DNA of 64,000 bases from NCBI GenBank assembly GCA_963812155.1, contig CAWETW010000001.1, positions 224,001-288,000 on the forward strand, read 5' to 3'. How positions within the stretch are numbered: the first letter of the stretch is position 1; each line of letters begins with the position of its first letter. This stretch comes from Vulcanimicrobiota bacterium (lineage in GTDB: Bacteria > Vulcanimicrobiota > Vulcanimicrobiia > Vulcanimicrobiales > Vulcanimicrobiaceae). Position numbers and translations under genes: made by a program. Under the pieces are notes generated by a model that was not told where the DNA came from, ran no database searches, and saw only the letters and a program-made list of their open reading frames with translations. Positions 41,975 to 55,081 of the stretch are shown piece after piece.

Positions 41975-42496
41975 TTACGACGCTTGCGCGGTGTAAATCT
42001 CTTTCACGGTTTTGCCGCGCAGCGCGGCAACTTGCTCGGCGGTGCGCAACGATCGCAACGCTTCGACCGTCGCCATCACCACGTTGATCGGATTGGTCGT
42101 GCCGAGACATTTGGTGAGAATGTCGTGGATGCCGGCTAGTTCGAGCACGGCGCGCATCGAGCCCCCGGCGATGACGCCCGTTCCCGGTGCGGCGGGCTTG
42201 AGCAGCACGGACGCGGCGCCGACGTGGTGGCGCACTTCGTGCGGAATCGTTTTCTCGACCATCGGCACGGTAACCAGACTCTTCTTGGCCTGCTCGACGC
42301 CCTTGCGAATCGCCTCGGGAACTTCGCCGGCTTTGCCGATGGCAAAACCGACCTTCCCTTTGCGATCGCCGACCACGACGAGTGCGCTGAAACTGAAGCG
42401 CTTTCCGCCCTTGACGACCTTCGCAACACGATTGACGCGCACGACGGTTTCGTCAAAGCCGCTGTTGTCGCGATCGCGACCGCCTCGAAACTGCAT
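41975..42496 (-). CDS. rpsE: 30S ribosomal protein S5
   Basis: [18 protein letters not shown]. Confidence 0.97.
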   Translation of the reverse strand: MQFRGGRDRDNSGFDETVVRVNRVAKVVKGGKRFSFSALVVVGDRKGKVGFAIGKAGEVPEAIRKGVEQAKKSLVTVPMVEKTIPHEVRHHVGAASVLLKPAAPGTGVIAGGSMRAVLELAGIHDILTKCLGTTNPINVVMATVEALRSLRTAEQVAALRGKTVKEIYTAQAS

Positions 42497-42858
42497 TAAA
42501 AGTTCAACCCCGCTTCTCGTGCCGCATCGGCCAACGCGCGCACGCGCCCATGATATTTGTATCCGCCCCGATCGAAGACCACGTCGGTAATTCCGGCGGC
42601 TTTGGCTTTCGTCGCGATTGCGCTGCCGACGGCCTTGGCGGCATCCACGTTCGTTTTCGACTGCAACGGCCCGCCGAGCGTTTTGTCTACCGTCGATGCC
42701 GCGACGAGCGTGTGACCCTTCGCGTCGTCTACCACCGTCGCGTAAATATGGTGCAGCGTGCGGCGCACCAGCAGACGCGGCCGTCCGGCGTCGCCCCCGA
42801 TCTTCTTGCGCGCGCGCTCGTGACGTGCCCGCCGCGCATCGTTCTTAGAGCGCGCCAT
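42496..42858 (-). CDS. rplR: 50S ribosomal protein L18
   Basis: [12 protein letters not shown]. Confidence 0.97.
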   Translation of the reverse strand: MARSKNDARRARHERARKKIGGDAGRPRLLVRRTLHHIYATVVDDAKGHTLVAASTVDKTLGGPLQSKTNVDAAKAVGSAIATKAKAAGITDVVFDRGGYKYHGRVRALADAAREAGLNF

Positions 42859-43409
42859 TACTTCTTGCCAGCCTTTCCGGCTTTTCCGAGTTTCTTGCGA
42901 ACGTATTCGCCCGCATAGCGAATGCCTTTTCCTTTATAGGGCTCGGGCGGGCGGAGGCGGCGAATTTCGGCGGCCACCTGTCCGACGGCTTGCTTATCGA
43001 TGCCCTCGACGTGGATCTTGTTTTGACCCTCGACCGAAAGCGCGATGCCGTCGGGCGGTTCGAAGACGACCGGATGCGAGTAGCCGAGGCTCAGATTCAG
43101 CTTCTCGCCCGACTTGGCGGCGCGGTAGCCGACGCCTTGAATCTCGAGGCTCTTGCGGAATCCCTTGCTGACGCCCTCGACCATGTTCGCGATCAGCGTG
43201 CGCGTGAGACCGTGGACCGAACGGTGTTCCTTGGCTTCGCCCTTGCGTTCGATCACGACGCTGCCGTCCTCGACGCGCACGTCGACGACGCGCGTCAAGA
43301 TCGCTTGACGCAGTTCGCCTTTGGGACCTTTGACCAGCACGTTGCCGGCGTCGAGCGTGACGTTCACGCCGGACGGTACCGTAACGGGCATTTTACCTAT
43401 GCGAGACAT
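42858..43409 (-). CDS. rplF: 50S ribosomal protein L6
   Basis: [15 protein letters not shown]. Confidence 0.97.
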   Translation of the reverse strand: MSRIGKMPVTVPSGVNVTLDAGNVLVKGPKGELRQAILTRVVDVRVEDGSVVIERKGEAKEHRSVHGLTRTLIANMVEGVSKGFRKSLEIQGVGYRAAKSGEKLNLSLGYSHPVVFEPPDGIALSVEGQNKIHVEGIDKQAVGQVAAEIRRLRPPEPYKGKGIRYAGEYVRKKLGKAGKAGKK

Positions 43410-43421
43410 TTGGGTTTCCTT

Positions 43422-43823
43422 TTACCAAACGTAGGCCACGACTTCGCCGCCCACGCCGGCCTTTTTCGCACTTTTGCCCGACATGATGCCTTGCGGCGTC
43501 GAAATGATAACGAGTCCCAAGCCGCCCAGCACGCGCGGAATGTCGCTCTTTCCGGTATAGACGCGCAATCCCGGACGCGAAATCCGGCGCAGTCCGGTGA
43601 TGACCTTCTCCTTCTCGGGCCCGTACTTGAGCGCGATGCGAATCGTCCCTTGCGGACCTTCGCTCACGCGCTCGAAGCCCTCGATGAAGCCTTCGTCTTG
43701 GAGAATCTTCGCGATTGCCTGCTTCGAACGCGAGGCCGGAACGTCCACCGTCTTGTGATTGGCGGTGTTGGCGTTGCGGATTCGAGTGAGCATGTCCGCG
43801 ATCGGGTCTGTGATAGCAGCCAT
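43422..43823 (-). CDS. rpsH: 30S ribosomal protein S8
   Basis: [21 protein letters not shown]. Confidence 0.97.
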   Translation of the reverse strand: MAAITDPIADMLTRIRNANTANHKTVDVPASRSKQAIAKILQDEGFIEGFERVSEGPQGTIRIALKYGPEKEKVITGLRRISRPGLRVYTGKSDIPRVLGGLGLVIISTPQGIMSGKSAKKAGVGGEVVAYVW

Positions 43824-43827
43824 TATT

Positions 43828-44013
43828 TCACCACGACGCTTTCGTTACGCCGGGGACGACGCCGCGATGTGCGTTCTCGCGAAAGCAAATGCGGCACATG
43901 GCAAACTTCCGAAGGAAGCCGCGCGGACGTCCGCACACCCTGCAGCGGTTGTGCTTGCGAACGCCGAACTTCGGCGTACGCAGCGATTTGGCGATGATGC
44001 TCGTCTTAGCCAT
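43828..44013 (-). CDS. rpsZ: 30S ribosomal protein S14 (short Zn-binding type)
   Basis: CRVCGRPR...CRICFR, 61 aa. Confidence 0.95.
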   Translation of the reverse strand: MAKTSIIAKSLRTPKFGVRKHNRCRVCGRPRGFLRKFAMCRICFRENAHRGVVPGVTKASW

Positions 44014-44025
44014 TACTCTACTGCC

Positions 44026-44574
44026 CTAGCGCCCCTTCTGAAGCGGAAGTCCCATAGCCGTCAAAAACTCGGTGGCTTCTTCGTCGGTCTTGGCGGTCGT
44101 CACGATGGTGATATCCATGCCTCGCGCCTTGTCGACCTTGTCGTAGTTGACCTCGGGAAACACCAGCTGTTCCCGCAGGCCGAGATTGTAGTTTCCGCGT
44201 CCGTCGAACGATTTTGCCGGCAGTCCGCGGAAGTCGCGGATGCGCGGCAGCACGACGTTAAACAATTTGTCGAGAAAGACGTACATGCGCTCGCCGCGCA
44301 GCGTGACCTTGGCGCCGATGTTCATGCCTTCACGCAGTTTGAACGCCGCAATCGACTTGCGAGCCTTCGTCACGATGGCTTTCTGGCCGGTGATCGCCGC
44401 CAGCTCCGCGACGGCTGCGTCGAGCGCCTTCGGATTGACGATCGCTTCGCCCACGCTCATGTTCACGACGACCTTTTTGACCGCCGGAATTTGATGGACG
44501 TTGGCGTAGCCGAATCGTTCCTGAAGCTGCGGACGAACCGAGCCTTCGTATTTTTCTCTTAAGCGCGTCACCAT
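44026..44574 (-). CDS. rplE: 50S ribosomal protein L5
   Basis: [21 protein letters not shown]. Confidence 0.97.
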   Translation of the reverse strand: MVTRLREKYEGSVRPQLQERFGYANVHQIPAVKKVVVNMSVGEAIVNPKALDAAVAELAAITGQKAIVTKARKSIAAFKLREGMNIGAKVTLRGERMYVFLDKLFNVVLPRIRDFRGLPAKSFDGRGNYNLGLREQLVFPEVNYDKVDKARGMDITIVTTAKTDEEATEFLTAMGLPLQKGR

Positions 44575-44576
44575 CG

Positions 44577-44939
44577 TTAGGCTCCCTTCGCCGACTCGCG
44601 CGCCGGCTCGCCGCAACGGCCGCAGACGCGATGAACCAACCCGTCGGAGGTGCGGCGGTTCCGCAAACGTGCCGGCGTCTTGCACTTTTCGCAAACGTAC
44701 TGCAGCGCCGAGAGAGGCAGCGGAGCTTCTTTCTCGATGATGCCGCCGGTTTGCATCGAACCGCCCATGTTGCTCGACTTGCTTCCCTGCTTGGTGTGAC
44801 GCTTGACGACGTTGAGCCCTTCGACGGTCGCCGTGCCGCGGCGCGCCTGAATCGCCTTCACGATTCCGCGTTTGCCCTTTTCTTTGCCGCGGCGAATCAT
44901 CACGGTATCGCCTTTGATCATGCTCGTTTTATCCGGCAT
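44577..44939 (-). CDS. rplX: 50S ribosomal protein L24
   Basis: KGDTV..RGKEKGK KOW motif, GGIIEKEAP. Confidence 0.95.
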   Translation of the reverse strand: MPDKTSMIKGDTVMIRRGKEKGKRGIVKAIQARRGTATVEGLNVVKRHTKQGSKSSNMGGSMQTGGIIEKEAPLPLSALQYVCEKCKTPARLRNRRTSDGLVHRVCGRCGEPARESAKGA

Positions 44940-44943
44940 CGTT

Positions 44944-45321
44944 TTATAGAACCTCCGGCGCGAGGGAGGCGATCTTCAGGAAGCCGCGGTCGCGCAGTTC
45001 GCGCATGACCGGTCCGAAGACGCGCGTGCCGCGCGGATCGAGGTTGTCCTTTTCACCTTTGATGATGACGCATGCATTGTCGTCGCAGCGCACGACGGAG
45101 CCGTCGCTACGCCGAATCGGAGCGCTCGTACGCACCACGACGGCTTTAACGACCTGCCCCTTCTTCACGGCCGCTCCGGGGATCGCGCTCTTGACCGTGC
45201 CGACGATCACGTCGCCGACGTGCGCGTATTGATGACGGCTGCCGCCGGCAACGTGAATCACGAGCAGTTCGCGCGCGCCCGAATTATCGGCGACCTTGAG
45301 CCGGGTTTCGTGCTGAATCAT
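44944..45321 (-). CDS. rplN: 50S ribosomal protein L14
   Basis: [22 protein letters not shown]. Confidence 0.97.
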   Translation of the reverse strand: MIQHETRLKVADNSGARELLVIHVAGGSRHQYAHVGDVIVGTVKSAIPGAAVKKGQVVKAVVVRTSAPIRRSDGSVVRCDDNACVIIKGEKDNLDPRGTRVFGPVMRELRDRGFLKIASLAPEVL

Positions 45322-45585
45322 TTCGCGCGTTCCATAATCTCGACCAGACGCCAGCGCTTCTCGCGCGAAAGCGGCCGGCACTCGACGATGCGCACGACGT
45401 CGCCGACGTTGGCTTCGTTACGCTCGTCGTGGGCCTTGAAGCGCGTGGACTTGCGGATGATCTTGCCGTAGGTCGGATGCGGTACCCGCGTCTCCGCCAC
45501 CACGACGATCGTCTTGTCCATCTTGTTCGAGGCAACGCGCCCTTGCTTGACGCGGCGCGATCCTCGTTGCGTTATGCTGCTCCAT
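45318..45585 (-). CDS. rpsQ: 30S ribosomal protein S17 (start ambiguous: ATG 45585 with an indel, or ATA 45575)
   Basis: [25 protein letters not shown]. Confidence 0.93.
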
Positions 45586-45793
45586 GGTGTTCCTCGGCCA
45601 AGCGCTTTTCTGAGATGACGGTCTGAATTTGAGCGTAGGTACGGCGCATCGCGCGGATCTTGCTGAAATCCGTGAGGTGGCCGGTGCGCAGCGCGAAGCG
45701 CAGGTTGAACAGTTCAGACTTCGTGTCGCGCGCCTTCTGCTGCAGTTCGTTCACCGTGAACGTGCGAAACTCGTCGAGCCCGCTTTTCTTCAT
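45572..45793 (-). CDS. rpmC: 50S ribosomal protein L29
   Basis: ELFNLRF; located between rplP and rpsQ. Confidence 0.93.
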   Translation of the reverse strand: MKKSGLDEFRTFTVNELQQKARDTKSELFNLRFALRTGHLTDFSKIRAMRRTYAQIQTVISEKRLAEEHHGAA

Positions 45794-46209
45794 GCTCCAG
45801 CCTCCTCGCGCGAGACGATCTTCGTGTCGATCGGCAGTTTGGCGGCCGCGCGGCGCAGCGCTTCGCGAGCGACGTCCGGCGCGACGCCGGAGAGCTCGAA
45901 GAGCACGCGTCCCGGGCGAACGACCGCGACCCAAAACTCGGGGTTACCCTTGCCGGCGCCCATGCGCACTTCGGCCGGCTTTTTCGTCGCGGGCTTGTCG
46001 GGAAAGACTTTGATCCACACCTTACCGCCGCGTTTGATGTGACGCGTCATGGCGATACGCGCCGCCTCGATCTGCCGGTTCGTCATCCAACACGGTTCGG
46101 TCGCCTTCAATCCGAAATCGCCGAACGTCAGCGTGCTGCCACGCAACGCGCGGCCGGTCATGCGTCCGCGCTGCACTTTGCGCCATTTCACTCGTTTGGG
46201 CGTCAGCAT
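45790..46209 (-). CDS. rplP: 50S ribosomal protein L16
   Basis: [16 protein letters not shown]. Confidence 0.97.
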   Translation of the reverse strand: MLTPKRVKWRKVQRGRMTGRALRGSTLTFGDFGLKATEPCWMTNRQIEAARIAMTRHIKRGGKVWIKVFPDKPATKKPAEVRMGAGKGNPEFWVAVVRPGRVLFELSGVAPDVAREALRRAAAKLPIDTKIVSREEAGA

Positions 46210-47336
46210 TACGGTGCGGCCTCCCCCTGCGCTTGTTCGGTTGCGGGACTCTCCTGGTGCGACGGCGGCGCGGCCGCTTCGACCAGCCGGTCGACGCCAG
46301 CTTCGGGAGCGCTCTCATCGGGAAGCGCCGCTTCGGTAAGTGCCTGCGCTTCGCTTTCGTGTTCCGGCATCACGATCGGCGGTTCGTGACCTGCGGGCTC
46401 GGTCGTGACCGTTTCCGCGACGGGCGCGGTTTCGCTCGCAGCGACGGGCGCGGTTTCACTCGTTGCGGCGGGCGTAGTTTCGCTCGCAGCGATGGGCGCG
46501 GTTTCACTCGTTGCGGCGGGCGTAGTTTCGCTCGCAGCGATGGGCGCGCTTTCACTCATAGCGGCGGGCATAGTTTCGCTCGCTGCGGAGGGCGCAGCCT
46601 GCGGCGCGCGGTCGGTCCGTCCACGGCCGCCCCGGCCACCGCGCTCGCGGCGCTCGCGGAAGCCTCCGCGGTCGGCGCGATCGCGCAAATTCGATTCAAC
46701 GCGCGATTGATCCGGCAGCACTTCTCCGCGATAGATCCATACTTTCACGCCGATGCGTCCGAACGTAGTAAAGGCTTCGACGTTCGCGTAATCGATGTCG
46801 GCCCGTAACGTGTGCAGCGGCACCTTGCCGTCGGCGTTGCGCTCGGTGCGTGCGATTTCAGCGCCTCCCAGACGACCCGAAACTTGCACTTTGACGCCGC
46901 GCGCTCCGGCCTTCATCGTCCGCATGATCGCCTGCTTCATCGCGCGACGGAATGCGATGCGCTTCTCCAACTGATCGACGATGTTTTGCCCCACCAAGCG
47001 CGCGTCGAGCTCCGGATGCTTGATCTCCATGACGTTGACTTGCACGTTCTTGCCGGTGAGCTTTTCGAGGTTCTTGCGAATCTCTTCGATGCCGATGCCG
47101 CGCTTGCCGATGATGATGCCCGGCTTAGCCGTATTCACGATGACGCGCGCTTGATTGGCGCGCCGCTCGATCTCGACTTTGCTGATCGCGGCCGAGCGAA
47201 CCCAGCGGTTGAGGAACTTGCGAATGGCGACGTCTTCGTGAAGCCAGTCGATGTAATGTTTTTTCTCGAACCAGCGGCTGTCCCACGTACGCGTGATGCC
47301 CAGGCGCAGACCGACCGGATGAATTTTTTGACCCAT
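46209..47336 (-). CDS. rpsC: 30S ribosomal protein S3 with long repetitive C-terminal tail
   Basis: [28 protein letters not shown]. Confidence 0.97.
   Translation of the reverse strand: MGQKIHPVGLRLGITRTWDSRWFEKKHYIDWLHEDVAIRKFLNRWVRSAAISKVEIERRANQARVIVNTAKPGIIIGKRGIGIEEIRKNLEKLTGKNVQVNVMEIKHPELDARLVGQNIVDQLEKRIAFRRAMKQAIMRTMKAGARGVKVQVSGRLGGAEIARTERNADGKVPLHTLRADIDYANVEAFTTFGRIGVKVWIYRGEVLPDQSRVESNLRDRADRGGFRERRERGGRGGRGRTDRAPQAAPSAASETMPAAMSESAPIAASETTPAATSETAPIAASETTPAATSETAPVAASETAPVAETVTTEPAGHEPPIVMPEHESEAQALTEAALPDESAPEAGVDRLVEAAAPPSHQESPATEQAQGEAAP
46428..46595 (-). repeat. Tandem 24-bp coding repeat (7 units, 48-bp super-period) in the rpsC tail
   Basis: [56 protein letters not shown]. 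Confidence 0.9.
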
Positions 47337-47338
47337 GC

Positions 47339-47852
47339 TTACCCCGCAGCCCCCGCGCTCGCGGCGGCCGTCTGTTTGCGGCGCTTACGCCCCGTCGTTT
47401 TTTCGCCGGAAGCGGCCGCACGCAGCGCGCCGCGGACGGCGACCGGCTTGAACGGATGCACCGGCCCGCTTACGCATCGTCTTTGCGGGACGCTCTTCGC
47501 TGACGACGACCGTCACGTGCGAGAGACGCTTGCGTTTGAAGTACGCGCGGCCTTGAGCGCGCGGATCCAGCCTTTTGGTAAAGCGGCCGCCCGGGCCGCC
47601 GTCGACGGTGATGCGCGCGATGTAGAGATCGTCGGTATTCATATCGTGGTTGTTGCCGGCGTTGGCCACGGCGCTGCGCACTAATTTGGCAATTGGCTCG
47701 GCCGCAAAGACGTCGGCGAACTGCAGCAACACGAGCGCTTCGCGAACGCTCTTGCCGCGAATCGCGTCGGCGACCCGCCGCAGCTTGCGCGGACCGGTGC
47801 GCGTGAAGCGCAGGTGTGCGACCGCTCCGGGAGCAAGCGACGCCGCGGTCAC
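47339..47852 (-). CDS. rplV: 50S ribosomal protein L22 with basic tail; probable indel near 47465
   Basis: [22 protein letters not shown]; the alternative tail frame stops at 47339 next to rpsC. Confidence 0.93.
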
Positions 47853-48127
47853 GGTTTCACCGTCGCTTTATCGCCGCCGTGGCCGCGGAAGTGGCGCGTG
47901 GGAGCGAACTCTCCGAGCTTGTGTCCGACCATGTTTTCCGAGACGTAGACGGGGATGTGCGTCTTGCCGTTGTGCACGCCGATCGTGTGGCCGACCATGG
48001 CCGGCACGACCGTCGAAGCGCGACTCCAGGTTTTCACGACGCGTTTTTCCCGCGTTTCGTTGAGCTTCTCGACCTTCTTGATGAGATGCTCGGCCACGAA
48101 CGGGCCCTTTTTGAGACTGCGACCCAT
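47849..48127 (-). CDS. rpsS: 30S ribosomal protein S19
   Basis: [19 protein letters not shown]. Confidence 0.97.
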   Translation of the reverse strand: MGRSLKKGPFVAEHLIKKVEKLNETREKRVVKTWSRASTVVPAMVGHTIGVHNGKTHIPVYVSENMVGHKLGEFAPTRHFRGHGGDKATVKP

Positions 48128-48954
48128 TACTTGGAACCCCGCTTGCGAACGATCATCTTGGTGGTGCGCTTATTGCGCCGCGTCTTTTTGCCCATCGTCA
48201 TTTGGCCCCACGGCGTCGTGGGCGGCCGGCCCGACGTCGAGCGCGCTTCGCCGCCGCCGTGCGGATGATCGACCGGATTCATCGCGATGCCGCGAACCGT
48301 CGGACGCTTGCCCAAATGACGCGAGCGTCCCGCCTTGCCGATGACTTGGTTCTCGTGCTCGATATTGCCGAGCTGACCGATCGTCGCGCGGCACTCGACG
48401 TGAATCTTGCGCACTTCGCCCGACGGCATACGCACCTGCGAATACGCGTCTTCCTTGGCCATCAGCTGCGCGGACACGCCGGCGGAGCGAACGAGCTTGC
48501 CGCCTTGACCCGGGCGCAGTTCGATGTTGTGAATGACCGTGCCGACCGGAATGTTCTTGATGGGCAAGGCGTTGCCAATCTTGATGTCGGCTCCCGGGCC
48601 GGACTCGATCGCGTCACCGGTCTTGAGACCGAGGGGTGCCAGAATGTAGCGTTTCTCGCCGTCCTTGTAATGCACGAGTGCGATGCGGCACGACCGGTTC
48701 GGATCGTACTCGATCGTCGCCACCTTGGCCGCAATCCCGTCTTTGGCGCGCTTGAAATCGATGATGCGATAGCGCGGGCGCGTTCCGCCGCCTTTGTGGC
48801 GCACGGTGATGTGGCCGTTGTTGTTGCGGCCCGCGTGCTTCTTTCCGGTTTCCAGCAACGATCGCTCGGGTGCGGTCTTCGTGAGTTCCGAGAAATCCAT
48901 CGTGGTGATGAAACGCCGTCCCGGCGACGTCGGCCGATATTTCTTTACTGGCAT
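48127..48954 (-). CDS. rplB: 50S ribosomal protein L2
   Basis: [18 protein letters not shown]. Confidence 0.98.
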   Translation of the reverse strand: MPVKKYRPTSPGRRFITTMDFSELTKTAPERSLLETGKKHAGRNNNGHITVRHKGGGTRPRYRIIDFKRAKDGIAAKVATIEYDPNRSCRIALVHYKDGEKRYILAPLGLKTGDAIESGPGADIKIGNALPIKNIPVGTVIHNIELRPGQGGKLVRSAGVSAQLMAKEDAYSQVRMPSGEVRKIHVECRATIGQLGNIEHENQVIGKAGRSRHLGKRPTVRGIAMNPVDHPHGGGEARSTSGRPPTTPWGQMTMGKKTRRNKRTTKMIVRKRGSK

Positions 48955-48957
48955 TGT

Positions 48958-49266
48958 TTATTGCTCAAAGTAGTTGACGCCGCCCAGCTCGATCTTTTGC
49001 CCGGGCTTGAGCGTGACGATGGCTTTCTTGCTGTCCGACGTTTTGCCGGTCGTCCGCAGGCCGCGCCGCGCGAAGCGCCGCGTCTTTCCGCCGACGTTCA
49101 CCGTGTTCACCTTGGTGACGTTGACCTTGAACAGCTCTTCGACCGCGTGGCGAATCTGCGTTTTCGTCGCGTGCGGATTCACCAAAAACGTGTACTGCTG
49201 CGCCAGAGCATCGGCCATGGATTTCTCGGTGATGCGTGGAGCGATGATGACGTCGCGTGCGTCCAT
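48958..49266 (-). CDS. rplW: 50S ribosomal protein L23
   Basis: PRITEKS, KKAIVTL. Confidence 0.96.
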   Translation of the reverse strand: MDARDVIIAPRITEKSMADALAQQYTFLVNPHATKTQIRHAVEELFKVNVTKVNTVNVGGKTRRFARRGLRTTGKTSDSKKAIVTLKPGQKIELGGVNYFEQ

Positions 49267-49925
49267 TACGATGCGCCTCCGTCGGCAGCGAGCGTTTTGA
49301 CGACTGCGTCGTAGCCGGCCGTCGTGAAGACGAGGCGCTCGAAACGCAACACGTCCTTGACGTCGAGCGCGCCGTCGTCGGTCACGCCGACGCGGCGCAG
49401 GTTCGCGGCGACGCGCGCGATCGTCTCGCGGTGGGCTTCGTCCCGCGCGCAGACGACCAGCGTCGACGGCCCGGTCTTTGCCTCTTTGGCGCTCCCGAAG
49501 AGCAGTTTCGCGAACTCGGCGGTCTTTGCAATCGGAAACTCTGCGGCGTCGAGCAGCGTTACCGCGCCCGAACCGAAGCGCTCCCCGAGCGCGGCAACGA
49601 AGGCCGCACGGCGTTCCTTCTTATTGAGCGACTGGACGTAACTGCGCGGCTGCGGTCCGAAGACGACGCCGCCGTGGCGCCACTGCGGCGAGCGAATCGA
49701 ACCCTGGCGCGCGCGTCCGGTGCCTTTTTGCTTCCAAGGCTTACGGCCGCCGCCCGAAACCTCGTCGCGCTTTTTGGTCGATGCCGTACCCGCGCGGGAA
49801 TTGGCAAACTCGCGGTGGACGGCGCGGAAGATCAGATGCGTTTTGGAGGCGGGATCGGCGGCGAAGATCGCCGGCGCGTCGATTTCGCGCACGACGTTTC
49901 CGCCGGAATCGATAACGTTCGGCAT
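49266..49925 (-). CDS. rplD: 50S ribosomal protein L4
   Basis: GGGRKPWKQKGTGRARQGS, GGVVFGP. Confidence 0.97.
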   Translation of the reverse strand: MPNVIDSGGNVVREIDAPAIFAADPASKTHLIFRAVHREFANSRAGTASTKKRDEVSGGGRKPWKQKGTGRARQGSIRSPQWRHGGVVFGPQPRSYVQSLNKKERRAAFVAALGERFGSGAVTLLDAAEFPIAKTAEFAKLLFGSAKEAKTGPSTLVVCARDEAHRETIARVAANLRRVGVTDDGALDVKDVLRFERLVFTTAGYDAVVKTLAADGGAS

Positions 49926-49929
49926 CCCG

Positions 49930-50568
49930 TTAGGCCTCCGCCGCCTTGGGCGCCTTGACGCTGCGCCGAACGATGACGACGCCGTTCTTGGCTCCCGGGA
50001 CCGGGCCGCGCACGAGCAACAGGTTGCGCTCGGCGTCGGCACGCACGACCTCAAGATTTTGGGTCGTCGTCCGGTCCACGCCGTACTGACCCGGCCGCCG
50101 GCTGCCCTTGAGCGTGCGGCCGGCGTTGGTGTCGCCGTTGGATGCGGGCTGGCGATGGATCATCGAGCCGTGGCTGGCTCCGCCGCCGCTGAAGTTGTGG
50201 CGCTTGATGCCGCCCGAGAATCCGTGTCCTTTCGAGACGCCGACCACGTCGATCCGGTCGCCCGGCTCGAAGGCCGCAACGGTGACCGTCGCGCCGAGGT
50301 CTGCTCCATCGATGTCGTCGCGAAACTCGCGCACGAAGCGCACCGGCTCGACGCCTTGCTTCTTGAAGTGTCCGGCAAGGGCTCGGGTGACGCGCCGTTT
50401 CTTTACGGATTCGAAACCCAAAGCGACAGCATCGTAGCCATGCTTCTCTTTCGTCCGGCGCTCCACGACCGTGCAGGGACCGGCTTCGATCACCGTGACC
50501 GGCACATAGCGCCCGTCGTCGGTGAATACGCTCGTCATCCCAACCTTGCGGCCAAGGATGTTCTTCAT
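49930..50568 (-). CDS. rplC: 50S ribosomal protein L3
   Basis: GRKVGMT, SKGHGFSG, GPVPG. Confidence 0.97.
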   Translation of the reverse strand: MKNILGRKVGMTSVFTDDGRYVPVTVIEAGPCTVVERRTKEKHGYDAVALGFESVKKRRVTRALAGHFKKQGVEPVRFVREFRDDIDGADLGATVTVAAFEPGDRIDVVGVSKGHGFSGGIKRHNFSGGGASHGSMIHRQPASNGDTNAGRTLKGSRRPGQYGVDRTTTQNLEVVRADAERNLLLVRGPVPGAKNGVVIVRRSVKAPKAAEA

Positions 50569-50599
50569 ACGTCCTCGTCCTGAGTGATTTAAGTACACG

Positions 50600-50704
50600 G
50601 GTCCAGGCGTACTGCTCTACTACCGTTGCCGGCACACGAAACGAAGCCGCGGCCGGCCTGGACCACAACCTGGGCAGTTTACCAGGCGCCGCTGGGCGCG
50701 TCAA
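50600..50704 (-). promoter_or_regulatory. rplC promoter and structured leader
   Basis: TTGACG (50704-50699), 17 bp, TAAACT (50681-50676); 9-bp stem between 50656-50664 and 50600-50608. Confidence 0.7.
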
Positions 50705-50747
50705 GCGCCGGCGATACTACGGCGCGGACCCGACCGCCTGGCTGCTT

Positions 50748-53370
<2,623 letters not shown>

Positions 53371-53417
53371 CCGCCGTCGTTCGCTGGCCGGCCGCGGAAA
53401 AACTCCCCGGCCCCGCG

Positions 53418-53964
53418 CTAGCGGAGTGCGACGATCCCGACGATCCCGGAAAGCAGGATGAGCAGCGGTGCGCTCAACTTCGTGCGCAGCATGAGCAGCG
53501 CGACTACGCCGGCAATCGTGTAGGGGATGACGCCGGACGCCGTTCCGTGCGCGATCGTCAGAACGCTCGCCCATACCAGACCGACGATGGCCGGCGCCAA
53601 ACCGTGCGCAACGATCGGCCGCCACGGCGATGCCGAGAAACGCTCCCACAGTTTGTCGACGACGACCATGATCGCGCTCGAGGGCACGAACATGCCGATG
53701 GTGGCGATGCCGGCGCCCAGGAACGGATTGGCCGGCATCGCCGCGTAGCCGATCAACGCCGCAAAGATCGTCGTCGGCCCGGGCACCAGCTTTGCCGATC
53801 GTGTAGAACTGGCTGAACTGGTCGTTCGTCACCCATCCGAACGTGTCGACCGCCTCGCGATGCATCTGCGGAATGATGCCCTTGCCGCCGCCGAACCCAA
53901 GCACGGAGAGCTGCGCGAACGTCCACAGCAAGTGCAGGGCCGTGTTAAAGGAAGCCGCGTTCAT
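53418..53964 (-). CDS. Short-chain chromate transporter (CHR), with frameshift near 53792
   Basis: GFGGG, V.PGP, MFVPS split across two frames. Confidence 0.82.
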
Positions 53965-54542
53965 TTCGCAGCCGTACCCGCACGGCGGGAACGAATGTAT
54001 TCGTGAGCGACGCCGATGCCGCCGAAGACGACCAGCACCAGCAGCAGCGGCATCCGAAGGAGCGCGACGACGACCGCCGTGACCGCGAGCAACAGCAGTT
54101 TCACCCAATCTCCGCGCTCGTCCCAGCTCAGCTCGAGCGCGTTGCCGATCGTCAAACCGAGTGCGCCGACCGCACACCCGCGCAACGCACCGTGGACGTA
54201 CGGATTGGACGCGAACTTGAAGTAGAGCGCGCCGGCGATGAGGATGATGATGAACGGAGGAATGCTCGCGCCCAAGAACGCCGCGAAAGCGCCGGGAAGT
54301 CCGCGGGCTTTCTGCCCGCAGTAAATCGCGAGGTTGAGGATGTTCGGTCCCGGCAGCACCTGCGCCAGCTCGAGACCGTCCATGAAGACTTCGCCGTCCA
54401 TCCAGCCGCGCGACGTCACCTGGCGGCGAATGCTGGCTTTCTGGCCTCCGCCGAACGACGTCGACGAGATCGCCGCGAAGGCGAGGGCAACGCTCAGGAG
54501 CGAGGGGCGCGTAACGGCTGGAGCGTTGGCCTCAGCTGACAT
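53961..54542 (-). CDS. Short-chain chromate transporter (CHR)
   Basis: SFGGG, LAQVLPGPN, IPPF. Confidence 0.85.
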   Translation of the reverse strand: MSAEANAPAVTRPSLLSVALAFAAISSTSFGGGQKASIRRQVTSRGWMDGEVFMDGLELAQVLPGPNILNLAIYCGQKARGLPGAFAAFLGASIPPFIIILIAGALYFKFASNPYVHGALRGCAVGALGLTIGNALELSWDERGDWVKLLLLAVTAVVVALLRMPLLLVLVVFGGIGVAHEYIRSRRAGTAAK

Positions 54543-54975
54543 CCGGGAGCGGATGGTCGACGACCGGCGACGTGTGCTTGCCGGAGAGGATGTGAATGTG
54601 GACGTGCTCGGTGTGCTGATAGGGCGGCAGCACGCCCATACGGATGACGAAGCCTTGTTCGTAAAGGTTCATCTTGAGCGCGACCTTCTGAATGCCGGCG
54701 ACCAGCCGGTTCCAAATCCGGGCGTCGCCCAGACCAAGGTCCAAGATCGTCGGAATCCACTGCTTCGGAATGATGACGACGTGGATTTCCCACCATTCGG
54801 CTTTACTGCGGTCGATGTTGTGGCGGAACGCGAAGACGTCGTCGTCCTCGTAGACGACCTCATCGGCCTTTGCCCGCGTGCCGTCGAGCCGCCCGCGAAA
54901 CGTATGCTCCGGGTCGGGCTTCTCCCACTGATGCTGCTCGTCGCCCGTCAGCAGTTCGGAAATCCATGCGGTCAT
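54532..54975 (-). CDS. HIT family protein
   Basis: VYEDDDVFAF, HVVIIPK, HVHIHILSG triad. Confidence 0.85.
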   Translation of the reverse strand: MTAWISELLTGDEQHQWEKPDPEHTFRGRLDGTRAKADEVVYEDDDVFAFRHNIDRSKAEWWEIHVVIIPKQWIPTILDLGLGDARIWNRLVAGIQKVALKMNLYEQGFVIRMGVLPPYQHTEHVHIHILSGKHTSPVVDHPLPDVS

Positions 54976-55081
54976 CGCTTCGCTCCAAATTCAAAGATCG
55001 TGCGTACCGGCATCGGGCTTTTCAGAATGCCGGCGCTGCGTCCTCCAAGGAAATCCCTCACCGCAGTTCCAATTGGCAGGC

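Noticed and set aside
46410..46595. Repeat array as a possible CRISPR
   Set aside because: Units are contiguous, in frame within rpsC, without unique spacers, and no cas genes are present
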